Assembly: GCA_963796055.1 (NCBI GenBank)
Contig: CAWCKH010000004.1
Coordinates: 1,056,001 to 1,120,000 of the forward strand
Direction: 5' to 3'
Origin: an uncultured delta proteobacterium
GTDB lineage: Bacteria > Myxococcota > Myxococcia > Myxococcales > Myxococcaceae
Length of the DNA stretch: 64,000 nt
Part shown: in pieces, positions 50,139 to 59,478 of the stretch
Numbering within the stretch: position 1 is the first letter of the stretch
How the letters are laid out: every line of letters starts with the position of its first letter
Made by a program: the position numbers and the translations under genes
Notes under the pieces: generated by a model
The model's database searches: none
Told to the model about the DNA's origin: nothing
The model's input: the letters and a program-made list of their open reading frames with translations, nothing else

Positions 50139-50253
50139 GGGAAAGTCCTCGAAACGGCGGGTTGTGCCTGCCCGGTGCGGCGCCCCGCATACTGGAGCAG
50201 GGGAAGCATCGGGTGACGGTTGTGAAACGACGGTTGCTCCTGCACCGGTCGGA

Positions 50254-50652
50254 TCAGACATCGCTCGTGCAAAACTTGCATCGGGTGGCGGCGGTGGGGA
50301 GCGCCTCGGTACATCGCGGACAGTTCTTCGTCGGCGCAGGGGGCGGGGTCTTGAGCAGCAGCTTGGTGAGGAAGAACACCACCAGGGCGACGATGAGGAA
50401 GTCCACCATCCGCCCGAGCAGATCGCCGTACTTGATGGCGTTGGTCACCTTCCCTGCCGCATCGTGGCCGAGCGGAGCCTCGAGGGTCCGCCACTCGCCG
50501 CCCGGAAGCAGGATGCCGACCACGGGCATGATCATGTCGTCGACGATCGCGCTCACGACCTTGCCCACGGCGCCCCCGATGACCACCGCGACTGCCAGTG
50601 CGAGGGCGTTCTGCTTCAGCAGAAACTCGCGGAAGTCCTTCGCCAGACTCAT
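50254..50652 (-). CDS. mscL: Large-conductance mechanosensitive channel with C-terminal zinc ribbon
   Basis: FREFL..N...LAVAVVIG, DMIMP and KYG motifs; tail CPRC...CKFC. Confidence 0.93.
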   Translation of the reverse strand: MSLAKDFREFLLKQNALALAVAVVIGGAVGKVVSAIVDDMIMPVVGILLPGGEWRTLEAPLGHDAAGKVTNAIKYGDLLGRMVDFLIVALVVFFLTKLLLKTPPPAPTKNCPRCTEALPTAATRCKFCTSDV

Positions 50653-50795
50653 TCGCGGCTTCCCCTCCCTGTCGCCCCCGCGAGTCCTGCCCGTCTCTCG
50701 CCCGAAAGGCAACAGGAACCTTACCTACGTGCGATTGACCGTTGGTGCGAGTCTCCCCAAGGTCGTACATGGAGCTTCGACTGGAGGGACGCACC

Positions 50796-51035
50796 ATGCC
50801 GGACGATGAGCCGGACTTCTCCGACGTGCAGGGCGGCAGCTCGAGCATCTCCACCGATGCGCAGGTCGAGCGGACCTACACCGTCCGCCCCGGTGACAGC
50901 CTGAGCAAGATTGCCAAATCGCTGCTCGGCGACGCCAAGAAGTGGCGGGTCCTCTACGAGACCAACAAGGACGTCGTGGGCAGCAACCCCGACCTCATCA
51001 AGCCGGGCCAGGTTCTGAGGATTCCCAAGGTCTGA
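50796..51035 (+). CDS. Small LysM-domain protein
   Basis: YTVRPGDSLSKIAK...NPDLIKPGQVLRIP; GGAGG RBS. Confidence 0.93.
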   Translation: MPDDEPDFSDVQGGSSSISTDAQVERTYTVRPGDSLSKIAKSLLGDAKKWRVLYETNKDVVGSNPDLIKPGQVLRIPKV

Positions 51036-51070
51036 AGCACAGCGCTCTTCCGCGTCCGCGAGGAACACCG

Positions 51071-51556
51071 ATGCTCCGAAAGGCTGCCCTTCTCGGTCTG
51101 TCCCTGCTGGTGCTCTCTGGCTGCAAGAAGGAGCAGCCGCCCCCGCCTCCACCACCACCGCCCCCCGTCACCCAGCCGCCTGCCGCTCCGCCGCCCGCGC
51201 CCTTCCGGGTCACCCTCGTCGAGCTGGGGAAGGGCATCCGGCCGGACAACACCGTGCAGAACGCGACCAGCACGTTCGGCCCCAAGGACACCATCTACCT
51301 GGTGGTCACCAGCGACGGGATGACGCCGGCCGCGGTCCTGGCGACGCGCTGGACGTTCGGCCCCAAGGACGTGCAGGTGCACGAGGAGAGCAAGACGGTG
51401 AGCCCGCCCTCCGAGAAGCCGGTGCACACCGAGTTCCACATCTCGAAGCCCTCGGGCTGGCCGGCCGGGGACTACAAGGTGGTCCTCACCGTCGATGGGC
51501 AGCCGGTCCAGACCAAGACCTTCACGGTGCCCAGGACCGCCTCGGGCAAGAAGTAG
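51071..51556 (+). CDS. Lipoprotein with Pro linker and Ig-like domain
   Basis: LSGC lipobox; WPAGDYKV motif. Confidence 0.8.
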   Translation: MLRKAALLGLSLLVLSGCKKEQPPPPPPPPPPVTQPPAAPPPAPFRVTLVELGKGIRPDNTVQNATSTFGPKDTIYLVVTSDGMTPAAVLATRWTFGPKDVQVHEESKTVSPPSEKPVHTEFHISKPSGWPAGDYKVVLTVDGQPVQTKTFTVPRTASGKK

Positions 51557-51835
51557 TCACGCTCGGCGCGGCCGGACCTCGGTCCCGCCTGCTGCCGCCG
51601 GCATGCCCGTCCTCCGGTAGGCGTGGGCGAGACAGCGGGTGGAGTGCGCGAGCCCGACCTGGCCATGCCGATCGAGCACGATGAGCCCGGCGCGCCCCTG
51701 CACCGAGCGCTCCGCGAGCACCGCGAATCCCCGTTCCGCCGCGGCGAGGCAGCCGACCTCGTGCGCAGCGTGTGCCTCGGGCGGAATGCTCCACGCCCCA
51801 CCGTGCACCAGGATGGTCCTGGTCCGTTCGATCAT
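51557..51835 (-). pseudogene. Internally deleted isoaspartyl peptidase/L-asparaginase
   Basis: N-terminal ILVHGGAW joined in frame to C-terminal GRAGLIVLDRHG.VGLAHST; central catalytic part absent. Confidence 0.8.
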
Positions 51836-51909
51836 GGGCGCTCTTCTGCCATACCCTGGCGTCGGACGGTTTCATCGGGTCGGGGGGCATGCCTACCGTG
51901 GTCGTCGCC

Positions 51910-54531
51910 ATGGTCTCGCCCTTCCAGAAGCGCTGGGTCCGCGTCCTCGCCATCGTGGTCGCGGTCCTGGTGGTCGTCGTCTACCTCGTCTCCCTGGTCC
52001 TCGACTCCATCCTCACCCGCCGTGCCCAGGCCGAGGCGGCCACGCTCTCGCAGCAGCTTGGCCGCCCTGTCTCCGTCGGCCGGGTCTCCACCAGCTTCCT
52101 CCCGGGCCTCGGAGCCACCGTCTCGGGCATCGAGGTGGGTGCCGCCGCCGACGAGGGGGTGCCCCTGGCCCAGGTGAAGGAGGTGGGCGTCAAGGTCGCG
52201 GCGCTCCGGGCGCTCTTCTCCCTGGGCAAGGACATCGGGGTCCGCTCCGTGGAGGTCACCCAGCCGGTGGTGAACGTGGTGCGCCTCCGGGACGGGACGA
52301 CCAACCTCGAGCGGCTCCAGTCCCGGCTCGCCGCACTGGAGAAACCGAAGCCCGCCGAGCCTGCGAGCACGGAGCCGAGTGACCTGTCGGCGGTGCGCGT
52401 CGACCACGCGGAGGTGACCGACGGGCGCGTGCGCCTGGTCGACCGGAGCACCGGGCAGACCCGGGAGCTGGGCATCTCGGACCTCGACGTCACGGTCGAC
52501 GACCTGCGCGCCGGCAAGCCGCTGGACGTGGTGGTCAAGGCCGCGCTGCTGTCGGAGAAGCAGAACCTCGAGCTGCGGCTCCACACCGCTCCGCTGCCGA
52601 ACAGCTTGCAGCCCACGCCCGAGCGTGTGGTCCTCAAGATCCAGCCCGTGGACCTGGCCCCGCTCGGGCCGTTCCTTCCCAGGGACGCACGGCTCGAGGC
52701 GGGCCGGCTCGACGCAGACTGGACCGCGGAGCTCGGGGCGGCGGTGCCGGGGGGCAAGGGGCCCACCCGGGCGAAGGGCGGCATCCACGCGCGCGGGCTC
52801 CGCTTCGCCGGCACCGCAGCGGCGCCGGTCGACGCCACCCTGGACACGGACCTCGACGGCAACGCCGAGACGGGCGATCTGGACATCCGGACGCTCGCCA
52901 TCGCGCTCGGCCAGGCGGGCATCACCGGGCACGGGCGGGTGCGCAACCTCGCCAGCGAGACGCCGAGCATCGAGAGCTTCGAGATCGTCGGCCACGATCT
53001 GGACCCGGCGGCGATCGGGCGCTCCTTCCCCGCGCTGGCGAAGGCGCTCAAGGGAGAGGTCGCCGGGCCCATCGGGCTCACCGTCCGCGGCGCCGGCACG
53101 CAGGCCGCGCCGATGCTGGAGGCACGGCTGGACTTCACCCCGGTGCGGCTGGCGGTTCCCGAGCAGCTGGCGAAGGCGGCCGGCGCACCGATGACCCTGG
53201 TCACCCACCTGCGCGGCGCCGGGAAGAACACCTACCGCTTCGATGCCGACCTCGACCTCGCCGGGGCCGACCTGCGGCCTGGACAGCTCCTGGACAAGCC
53301 GCCGGGCAAGCCGATGGCGCTGTCGCTGAAGGGCAGCACCAGCCGGGGGGGAACGACCCGGCTGAAGCTCGACCAGTGGACGCTTCGGGTGCTCGAGGAC
53401 ACCCTCACCGGGACCGCCTCGGTCGAGATGCAGGGCGAGGGCAAGCGCGCCACCACCACCTTCGCCCTCGACGCGCGGGCCCCGAAGCTCGACGCGGACG
53501 CGCTGCTCCTCGAGAGCGAGTCCTCCTCGAAGGCGCAGCCTCCGCCGGCCGACCCGCACCGCTTCGACGGGATGCGGGGGAAGATCCACGCCGAGGTCGC
53601 CTCGCTCGTCTTCCACAAGGTCCCCTGGAAGAACGTCCTCCTCGACGCCACCCTGCAGGACGATCTGCTCAAGGTGGAGCGGCTCAGCCTGGACGCGGCC
53701 GGGGGCCAGGTGCGCCTCGACGGGACGAGCGCGCGGCTGGGGCCGGTGGAGAAGCCCTGGGATCTGAAGCTGACGGTGAAGGATCTCGACCTCGCCCAGG
53801 CGTTGACCTTCAGCGGCAAGGGAAAGGCATTCGCCGGGGTGTTCGACGGGAACATCGCTCTGGCCGGCAAGGGCACCACGCTCTCCGCGGTAGAGAAGAC
53901 GGTCGACGGGACCATCCAGGGAAACCTCAAGAACGGAGACTTCCTCGGCGCGGACCTGGTCGCGGCCGTGGCCGGACCGCTGGCCAAGGCGCTGCCGTTC
54001 GCCACCAAGGCTGTGGGCGAGACCGGGCACACTCCGCTCGGCGACATCGACGTGTCACTCGCCGTGGACAACGGTGTTGCGAAGCTGACCAAGCCCCTGG
54101 CGCTGAAGCTCCCGGAGGCGGACATCGTGATGGGAGGTGGCATCGGGCTGTCCGGAACGCTGGCCCTGGCCGGAACGGTCGCTCTGACTCCAGCGACCAT
54201 CAAGTCACTCACCGGCGGAAAGGTGATGCCGCCCGAGCCCATCCCGGTCGCGCTCAGCCTCCATGGCCCGGCCTGGGCCCCGCAGATCGCCGGCCTGGAC
54301 ATCAAGCCGGCGGCGCTCACCATCGCCCGGCTGGCGGGGGCGAGCGCCCTCAAGTCGCTCGTCGGCCAGTCCGACATCGGCGCGGCCCTGTCGGGGGCCC
54401 TCGGTGGGTCGGGGGCGGCCGGCAGCGACCAGACCCAGGGCGAGCAGAAGGCCCAGGGCGAGGCCGAGAAGTTGCGCCAGCAGGCGGCCCAAGAGGCCGT
54501 GAAGAAGCTCCAGGGACTGTTCGGAAAGTGA
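51910..54531 (+). CDS. AsmA family protein
   Basis: N-terminal TM, LGRPVSVG and DGTTNL motifs, beta-rich repeats. Confidence 0.85.
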   Translation: MVSPFQKRWVRVLAIVVAVLVVVVYLVSLVLDSILTRRAQAEAATLSQQLGRPVSVGRVSTSFLPGLGATVSGIEVGAAADEGVPLAQVKEVGVKVAALRALFSLGKDIGVRSVEVTQPVVNVVRLRDGTTNLERLQSRLAALEKPKPAEPASTEPSDLSAVRVDHAEVTDGRVRLVDRSTGQTRELGISDLDVTVDDLRAGKPLDVVVKAALLSEKQNLELRLHTAPLPNSLQPTPERVVLKIQPVDLAPLGPFLPRDARLEAGRLDADWTAELGAAVPGGKGPTRAKGGIHARGLRFAGTAAAPVDATLDTDLDGNAETGDLDIRTLAIALGQAGITGHGRVRNLASETPSIESFEIVGHDLDPAAIGRSFPALAKALKGEVAGPIGLTVRGAGTQAAPMLEARLDFTPVRLAVPEQLAKAAGAPMTLVTHLRGAGKNTYRFDADLDLAGADLRPGQLLDKPPGKPMALSLKGSTSRGGTTRLKLDQWTLRVLEDTLTGTASVEMQGEGKRATTTFALDARAPKLDADALLLESESSSKAQPPPADPHRFDGMRGKIHAEVASLVFHKVPWKNVLLDATLQDDLLKVERLSLDAAGGQVRLDGTSARLGPVEKPWDLKLTVKDLDLAQALTFSGKGKAFAGVFDGNIALAGKGTTLSAVEKTVDGTIQGNLKNGDFLGADLVAAVAGPLAKALPFATKAVGETGHTPLGDIDVSLAVDNGVAKLTKPLALKLPEADIVMGGGIGLSGTLALAGTVALTPATIKSLTGGKVMPPEPIPVALSLHGPAWAPQIAGLDIKPAALTIARLAGASALKSLVGQSDIGAALSGALGGSGAAGSDQTQGEQKAQGEAEKLRQQAAQEAVKKLQGLFGK

Positions 54532-54738
54532 GTCGAGGCGGCGCCAGGCGGCGCTCGAGGTGCAGGTCGGCTGCAACACGGACCCGGGAATGAGAATCGG
54601 GCGGTGGATCGTATGGGTCCACAGTCCCCCTGGTGGGGCGACGACATTCGGTGTGTCATTGCTTCCGGCGGGGTGAATATTCCGCTGACCGGCGACGTCC
54701 TGCCGTCTCCGGCCGGAACAAGCAGAGGAGGGCTCCCC

Positions 54739-56316
54739 GTGACTGCGCGCCGCACCCCCATCGTCCAGCAGGCGGTGGCATCCCTGCTGGTCGCCGCGCT
54801 CGGCGGGTACCCGGTCCGAGCGCTCGCCCAGCAAGGCGCCCCGGCGCAGGGCGCTCCGGTCCAGTCGGTCCCTCCGCCGCCCGCCTACGCGCCGCCCCAG
54901 CCGGTGCCGCAACAGACCTACGCCCCGCAGCAGGCCCCTCCGCAGCAAGCCCCTCCGCAGGGCTACGCGCAGCAGCCGGCGCCGCCCCAGCAGACCTACG
55001 CCCCCCAGCAGGCCGCTCCGCAGCAGGCCCCTCCACAGGGCTACGGGCAGCAGCCGGCGCCGCCCCAGCAGACCTACGCCCCCCAGCAGGCCGCTCCGCA
55101 GCAGGCCCCTCCACAGGGCTACGCGCAGCAGCCGGCACCGCCCCAGCAGACCTACGCCCCCCAGCAGGCCGCTCCGCAGCAGGCCCCTCCGCAGGGCTAC
55201 GCGCAGCAGCCGGCGCCGCCCCAGCAGACCTACGCCCCCCAGCAGGCCGCTCCGCAGCAGGCCCCTCCGCAGGGCTACGCGCAACAGCCGGCGCCGCCCC
55301 AGCAGACCTACGCCCCGCCTGCGCCCGCGTACGCACCCCCGGCCGCAGCTGGCGCCGCGGTGGCCGCGCCCGGCGCTCCCGCCCCCGCCGCACCCCCGCA
55401 GCCCTATGCTCCGGCGCCCCAGGCTGCACCGCAGGGGTACGCCCCGGCGCCCGCGCCCCAGCAGCCGACCTACGCGCCACCTCCACCCGCCTACGCGCCC
55501 CCTGCCGCCGCGGGTGCAGCCGCCGGTGCCGCGGTGGCAGCGCCCGCGGCCCAGGCCCCGGCGGCGCCGCAGGGTGCCCAGCAGCCCGCCCCGGCGGCCC
55601 CCCAGCCCATGGTGCAAGACGCCCCCACGGCCGCTCCGCGCGTCCCACCTGGCGCAGTGCTGATCCCGCCGACCGCCGCACCCGCCCCGGCGCCCACCCG
55701 CTCGGGGGACGCGGACCTCGGCTCGGCACCAGCGCCTCCGCCCCCGCCGGGCCATGCGCCCAAGGCCCCGAGCGCCCAGAAGTCCGCTCCGGTGGACGAC
55801 CGGCTGATTCGCCTCGAGTGGCGGCCGGCGCACGTCGAGGGGAACCAGGGCTGGGGACCGATGGTGCAGGTCCCGGTGATGGGACCCTACAAGCGTCCGT
55901 TGAATGGGCGCTCGCTGTACACCGCTCTGGGTCGGAACGACCTGGCGGAGGAGTACGAGCGCCGCCTCGCCGCCAAGCGCATGATGGGCGTGGGCAGTGC
56001 GCTCCTGCTCGTCTCCGGCATCGCAGTCGGCATCAGCGCCTTCACGATCCACGGTTGCAACCCGGGTGACGCGAAGTGCTGGGACGACCGCGACGCGCAG
56101 CTCAGGTCGCGCTTCTACTGGTCGGGCGGCCTGGTGCTCGGCGGCGCCGTGCTCGGCATCGCCTCGAGCGCCTACAGTCCGCATCCAGTGTCGCGCGACG
56201 AGCTGATCGGCCTCATCCGCCAGCACAACGATCAGATCCGGAGCCAGCCCGGCGTCCACCTGGGCGCGATGGCGCTCCCGGGCGGCGGCGGCCTCAGCCT
56301 CGCCGGAGCGTTTTAG
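54739..56316 (+). CDS. Exported Pro/Gln/Ala-rich repeat protein with C-terminal membrane domain
   Basis: AGAGGAGG RBS, GTG start, signal ending ALA-Q, C-terminal LSLAGAF. Confidence 0.8.
   Translation: MTARRTPIVQQAVASLLVAALGGYPVRALAQQGAPAQGAPVQSVPPPPAYAPPQPVPQQTYAPQQAPPQQAPPQGYAQQPAPPQQTYAPQQAAPQQAPPQGYGQQPAPPQQTYAPQQAAPQQAPPQGYAQQPAPPQQTYAPQQAAPQQAPPQGYAQQPAPPQQTYAPQQAAPQQAPPQGYAQQPAPPQQTYAPPAPAYAPPAAAGAAVAAPGAPAPAAPPQPYAPAPQAAPQGYAPAPAPQQPTYAPPPPAYAPPAAAGAAAGAAVAAPAAQAPAAPQGAQQPAPAAPQPMVQDAPTAAPRVPPGAVLIPPTAAPAPAPTRSGDADLGSAPAPPPPPGHAPKAPSAQKSAPVDDRLIRLEWRPAHVEGNQGWGPMVQVPVMGPYKRPLNGRSLYTALGRNDLAEEYERRLAAKRMMGVGSALLLVSGIAVGISAFTIHGCNPGDAKCWDDRDAQLRSRFYWSGGLVLGGAVLGIASSAYSPHPVSRDELIGLIRQHNDQIRSQPGVHLGAMALPGGGGLSLAGAF
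54913..55317 (+). repeat. 78-bp coding tandem repeat x5.2
   Basis: cagacctacgcc at 54913, 54991, 55069, 55147, 55225 and 55303; unit QTYAPQQAAPQQAPPQGYAQQPAPPQ. Confidence 0.93.
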
Positions 56317-56699
56317 TCCGCGCGGGGGGCCACTCGGTCCAGGACTCCCAGCAGCGCCTCGAGCTCGAAGGGCTTGCTGAGCACGGCCGCCACCTGGTCC
56401 CCCAGCACGGCGTAGGTTGCGGACGGGTCCGCGGTGGAGAGGATCACCGGGAACTCCGTCCCCCGCGGAAGCTCACGAAGACGGGTGAGGAATGCGGGGC
56501 CGTCCAGGACCGGCATCCTCCAGTCGAGCAGGATGGGGCACGGTTCCGACTGCTCGGCTGCCAGACCGAGGCCCTTGAGCCCGTCGGGCGCGGCCAGGAC
56601 GCGAAATCCGAGGTCGAGCAGCACGTCGATCAGCGCCTCCCGGACGGCGCTGTCGTCCTCGACCAGGAGAATGCGTCGCGCTGGCGACTCGGGGCTCAT
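56313..56699 (-). CDS. Single-domain response regulator
   Basis: ILLVEDD, LLDWRMP and KPF motifs; ATGA overlap with chrA. Confidence 0.9.
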   Translation of the reverse strand: MSPESPARRILLVEDDSAVREALIDVLLDLGFRVLAAPDGLKGLGLAAEQSEPCPILLDWRMPVLDGPAFLTRLRELPRGTEFPVILSTADPSATYAVLGDQVAAVLSKPFELEALLGVLDRVAPRAD

Positions 56700-57898
56700 A
56701 CGCCGACCAGGTGGAGCGCGAACTGGAGCACGCCGCCACCGGCGACGATCCAGGCCGGGTTGAGGTCGTAGCGGACCAGGGTCAGCGCGGAGGCTGCAGC
56801 GATCGCCAGGCTCACCGGTCCGTGGAAGCTCCCTCCGAGCACCACCGCCGCCGAGCCGATGAGCCCCACCACCGCCGGGAGGAGCCCGTTCGCCGCAGCC
56901 TGCACCATCGGGTGCTCGCGAACGCGCGCCAGCCACCCACCCGCGAGCTGCACCAGCACCCACGGCGCGGCGAGCAGCGCGAGCGTGGAGGCCGCCGCCC
57001 CGGACCAGCCGTGGTGCAGATAGCCAGCGAAGGTGGCGAGCAGCAGCACCGGCCCGGGCGTGAGCAGGGCCACCGACACTCCGTCGGCGAGCTGGCGCCG
57101 GGTCACCCACTCGAGCGCGTCGAGCCGCTCGCTGAGATGGGGGATGATGGCCACTCCCCCGCCGTACGCCCCCAGTCCCGTGCGGAAGTAGAGCACCAGC
57201 GCCTCCACCACCTGGCCGTCCAGGCCGGTCAGGTGCATCGCGGCCAGCGCAGGAAGGGCGGCGACCAGCACCGAGCGCACGGTGCTCGTGCCTTCGGCCG
57301 GTGGCGGCGGGACGGACGGGTCCCGGGGACGACGTCGCCGCAGCCCGAGCTCGACGAACAGCCCCGTTGCCGCCCCGAGCAGCACCACCTCTGTGGGCGA
57401 GGCCTTGCCGGCGACGGTGAGGAGCAGCGCCGCGCCTGCCACCAGCATCTGCCATCGGGCCTGCACCGCGCCACGCACCCGGCGAAAGGTCAGCGCCAGG
57501 ATTGCCCCCACCGCCGCCCCCCCGAACCCGCGGAAGACAGGCTCCAGCCGGGTGCCCAGGTCGAAGCGGACGTACAGCCAGGCGACGGCTGCAGTGGTCA
57601 GGATGCCGGGCAGGACGAACCCGAGATAGCCGAGCAGTGACCAGCTCCAGCCGCCTAGCCGCTGACCGACGAGCGCCAGGGTGTTGGCCGAGGGCGCGCC
57701 TGGAAAGAGGTCCAGCGTCCGGAGCAGCGCGGCGTGCTCCTCCTCGGTCACCCAGCGCTGGTCCCGGACCAGCGCGGCCTCCAGCGGGGCCTGCATCCGC
57801 TGGCTGCTCCCGAACACGGCCATCCCCAGCCGGAGAGCGGCGCGGAAGAAGGCGAGCCGGCCCAGCTCTGGCCTGGGGGACTGTGTGGTCTGCTCCAC
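56696..57898 (-). CDS. chrA: Chromate efflux transporter (long-chain CHR)
   Basis: Two CHR halves: FPGA...GFVLPG and YGGG...TPGP. Confidence 0.88.
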   Translation of the reverse strand: MEQTTQSPRPELGRLAFFRAALRLGMAVFGSSQRMQAPLEAALVRDQRWVTEEEHAALLRTLDLFPGAPSANTLALVGQRLGGWSWSLLGYLGFVLPGILTTAAVAWLYVRFDLGTRLEPVFRGFGGAAVGAILALTFRRVRGAVQARWQMLVAGAALLLTVAGKASPTEVVLLGAATGLFVELGLRRRRPRDPSVPPPPAEGTSTVRSVLVAALPALAAMHLTGLDGQVVEALVLYFRTGLGAYGGGVAIIPHLSERLDALEWVTRRQLADGVSVALLTPGPVLLLATFAGYLHHGWSGAAASTLALLAAPWVLVQLAGGWLARVREHPMVQAAANGLLPAVVGLIGSAAVVLGGSFHGPVSLAIAAASALTLVRYDLNPAWIVAGGGVLQFALHLVGV

Positions 57899-58000
57899 GG
57901 AACCGTCTCTAAGCCAAAGAGCGGCTGGAGCCCACCCCCAGGCGTGGGTGGACGCTGGTACGCCAACAACGGGGGGCAGGACATCCGGGGTTGCGACCCC

Positions 58001-58372
58001 TCACTCGAGGGCGCGAACCTCGGCGTCCACCGCCGCGTGCAGGCGCTCGGGCGGACAGGGCTTGTTGAGCGCCGCGGTCACGTGGTCGTGTGTCTGGCGC
58101 CGCTTCACGTCGAGGTTCGCCGAGAGCACGATGATGCGAAACTGGCGCTCGGGGGGGTGGCGCGACACCTCGTCGAGGAGCTCGTCGCCGGTCATCACCG
58201 GCATCTGGAGGTCGAGCAGCATCAGCACCGGCTCCTGGCCGGCCCTCAGCCGTTCGAGGGCCTCGCGCCCGTCGCAGGCGGTGCTGACCCGGTATCCCCA
58301 GATGGAGAGCAGCTCCACCAGGGCGGTCCGCAGGGCGACCTCGTCTTCCACGACCAACACCTGCGCACGCAC
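58001..58372 (-). CDS. Single-domain response regulator
   Basis: LVVEDE, LLDLQMP, LSA and KP motifs; GGAGG RBS. Confidence 0.9.
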   Translation of the reverse strand: MRAQVLVVEDEVALRTALVELLSIWGYRVSTACDGREALERLRAGQEPVLMLLDLQMPVMTGDELLDEVSRHPPERQFRIIVLSANLDVKRRQTHDHVTAALNKPCPPERLHAAVDAEVRALE

Positions 58373-58608
58373 GGCCCGTCCTCCTCCCGACAGTTCCTCG
58401 CCACGGCGTCAGGGTTTGCACCGGGTCGAACAGAGGGAACCCGGGTACCGCGGTGTGCGCACCCCAGGCTCTCTTGCCTGGCCGGTCTGCGGCGTGGCCC
58501 AGCGCGTTGGCTGCATGGAGTGCGACGCCGCGGGCGGAGTGAGGCACACTGGCGGTCGAGGGGGGACCTGGCGCCGGGGCGGGGCATCCCGGGCGAAGGT
58601 GCTCTCGC

Positions 58609-59409
58609 TTGTTGCAGCTTGGTCGTGCGCTGGAGGTCGCGCAGAGCGTGCACCCGGCGCTCCACGTGGACCCCCGGGCGTTCCTCCGGTTTCTCGTGCG
58701 CCGCCGTCCTCCGCTCGACACGGCGGGCGTGCCCACCCATGCGGCGGACCTGTACCTGGTGGCCGCGGCACTCGCGGGCGAGGGTGCGGCGCTCGAGCTG
58801 CTCGACGCCCGGCTCCGGGGGCTCCTGCCACGGGCGCTGCGCCGGCTGCGCGCGGACGACGAGCTCCGCGCCGAGGTGCTGCAGCGCACGCGCGAGCGGC
58901 TGCTGGTGGGGCCACGGGTCCCCAAGCTCGCCGAGTACCAGGGCCGCGGGGGGCTGGATCCCTGGCTCCGCTCGGTGCTGGTGCGGGTCGCGCTGAACCT
59001 GCTCGAGGCCAGACCGCATGGGGAAGAGGAGCTGCGGGCACTCACCGAGCTCGCCGCGCCGGGCCCGGACCCGGAGGTCTCGCTGCTTCGCCGCTCGGAG
59101 CAGGCCACGCTCCAGGCTGCGCTGGTGGACGCGCTGGCCGGGCTCGCCCCGCGGACACGCCACTTCCTCGCGCTCTACGTCCTCGATGGGCTCACCCTGG
59201 AGGAGATCGGCCGGCGCGCCGGGACCCACAAGTCCACGGTCTCGCGGGCGCTGAGCGCCGCCCGCGCCCGGGTGATGACCGCGCTCCGCCGCCGGTTCCG
59301 CGCTGGTCCGGAGGGCGAGCTCGACTCGCTGCTCGGCTTCCTCGGCGAGGCCGGGGCAGACCTCCCGTTCGTGCTCCGCGAGCTGCTCGCCGGACGCGAC
59401 GGGAGCTGA
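58609..59409 (+). CDS. Sigma-70 factor, Myxococcales-type
   Basis: HAADLYL, YQGRGGL..WL and region 4 GLTLEEIG...HKSTVSR; start uncertain (TTG). Confidence 0.82.
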   Translation: MLQLGRALEVAQSVHPALHVDPRAFLRFLVRRRPPLDTAGVPTHAADLYLVAAALAGEGAALELLDARLRGLLPRALRRLRADDELRAEVLQRTRERLLVGPRVPKLAEYQGRGGLDPWLRSVLVRVALNLLEARPHGEEELRALTELAAPGPDPEVSLLRRSEQATLQAALVDALAGLAPRTRHFLALYVLDGLTLEEIGRRAGTHKSTVSRALSAARARVMTALRRRFRAGPEGELDSLLGFLGEAGADLPFVLRELLAGRDGS

Positions 59410-59478
59410 GCCGTCACCTTCGTCCGGACGAAAGGGACTCCGGATCCGCCCCGCGCGGACAGGGTAGCGTCCGCCCGC

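Noticed and set aside
54563..54575. 13-nt match (caggtcggctgca) to core B downstream of asmA
   Set aside because: A single short match without linkers is compatible with chance.
57987..58000. Hairpin GGGGTTGCGACCCC right after a receiver gene
   Set aside because: Single copy with no U-tract; REP, terminator and chance cannot be distinguished.
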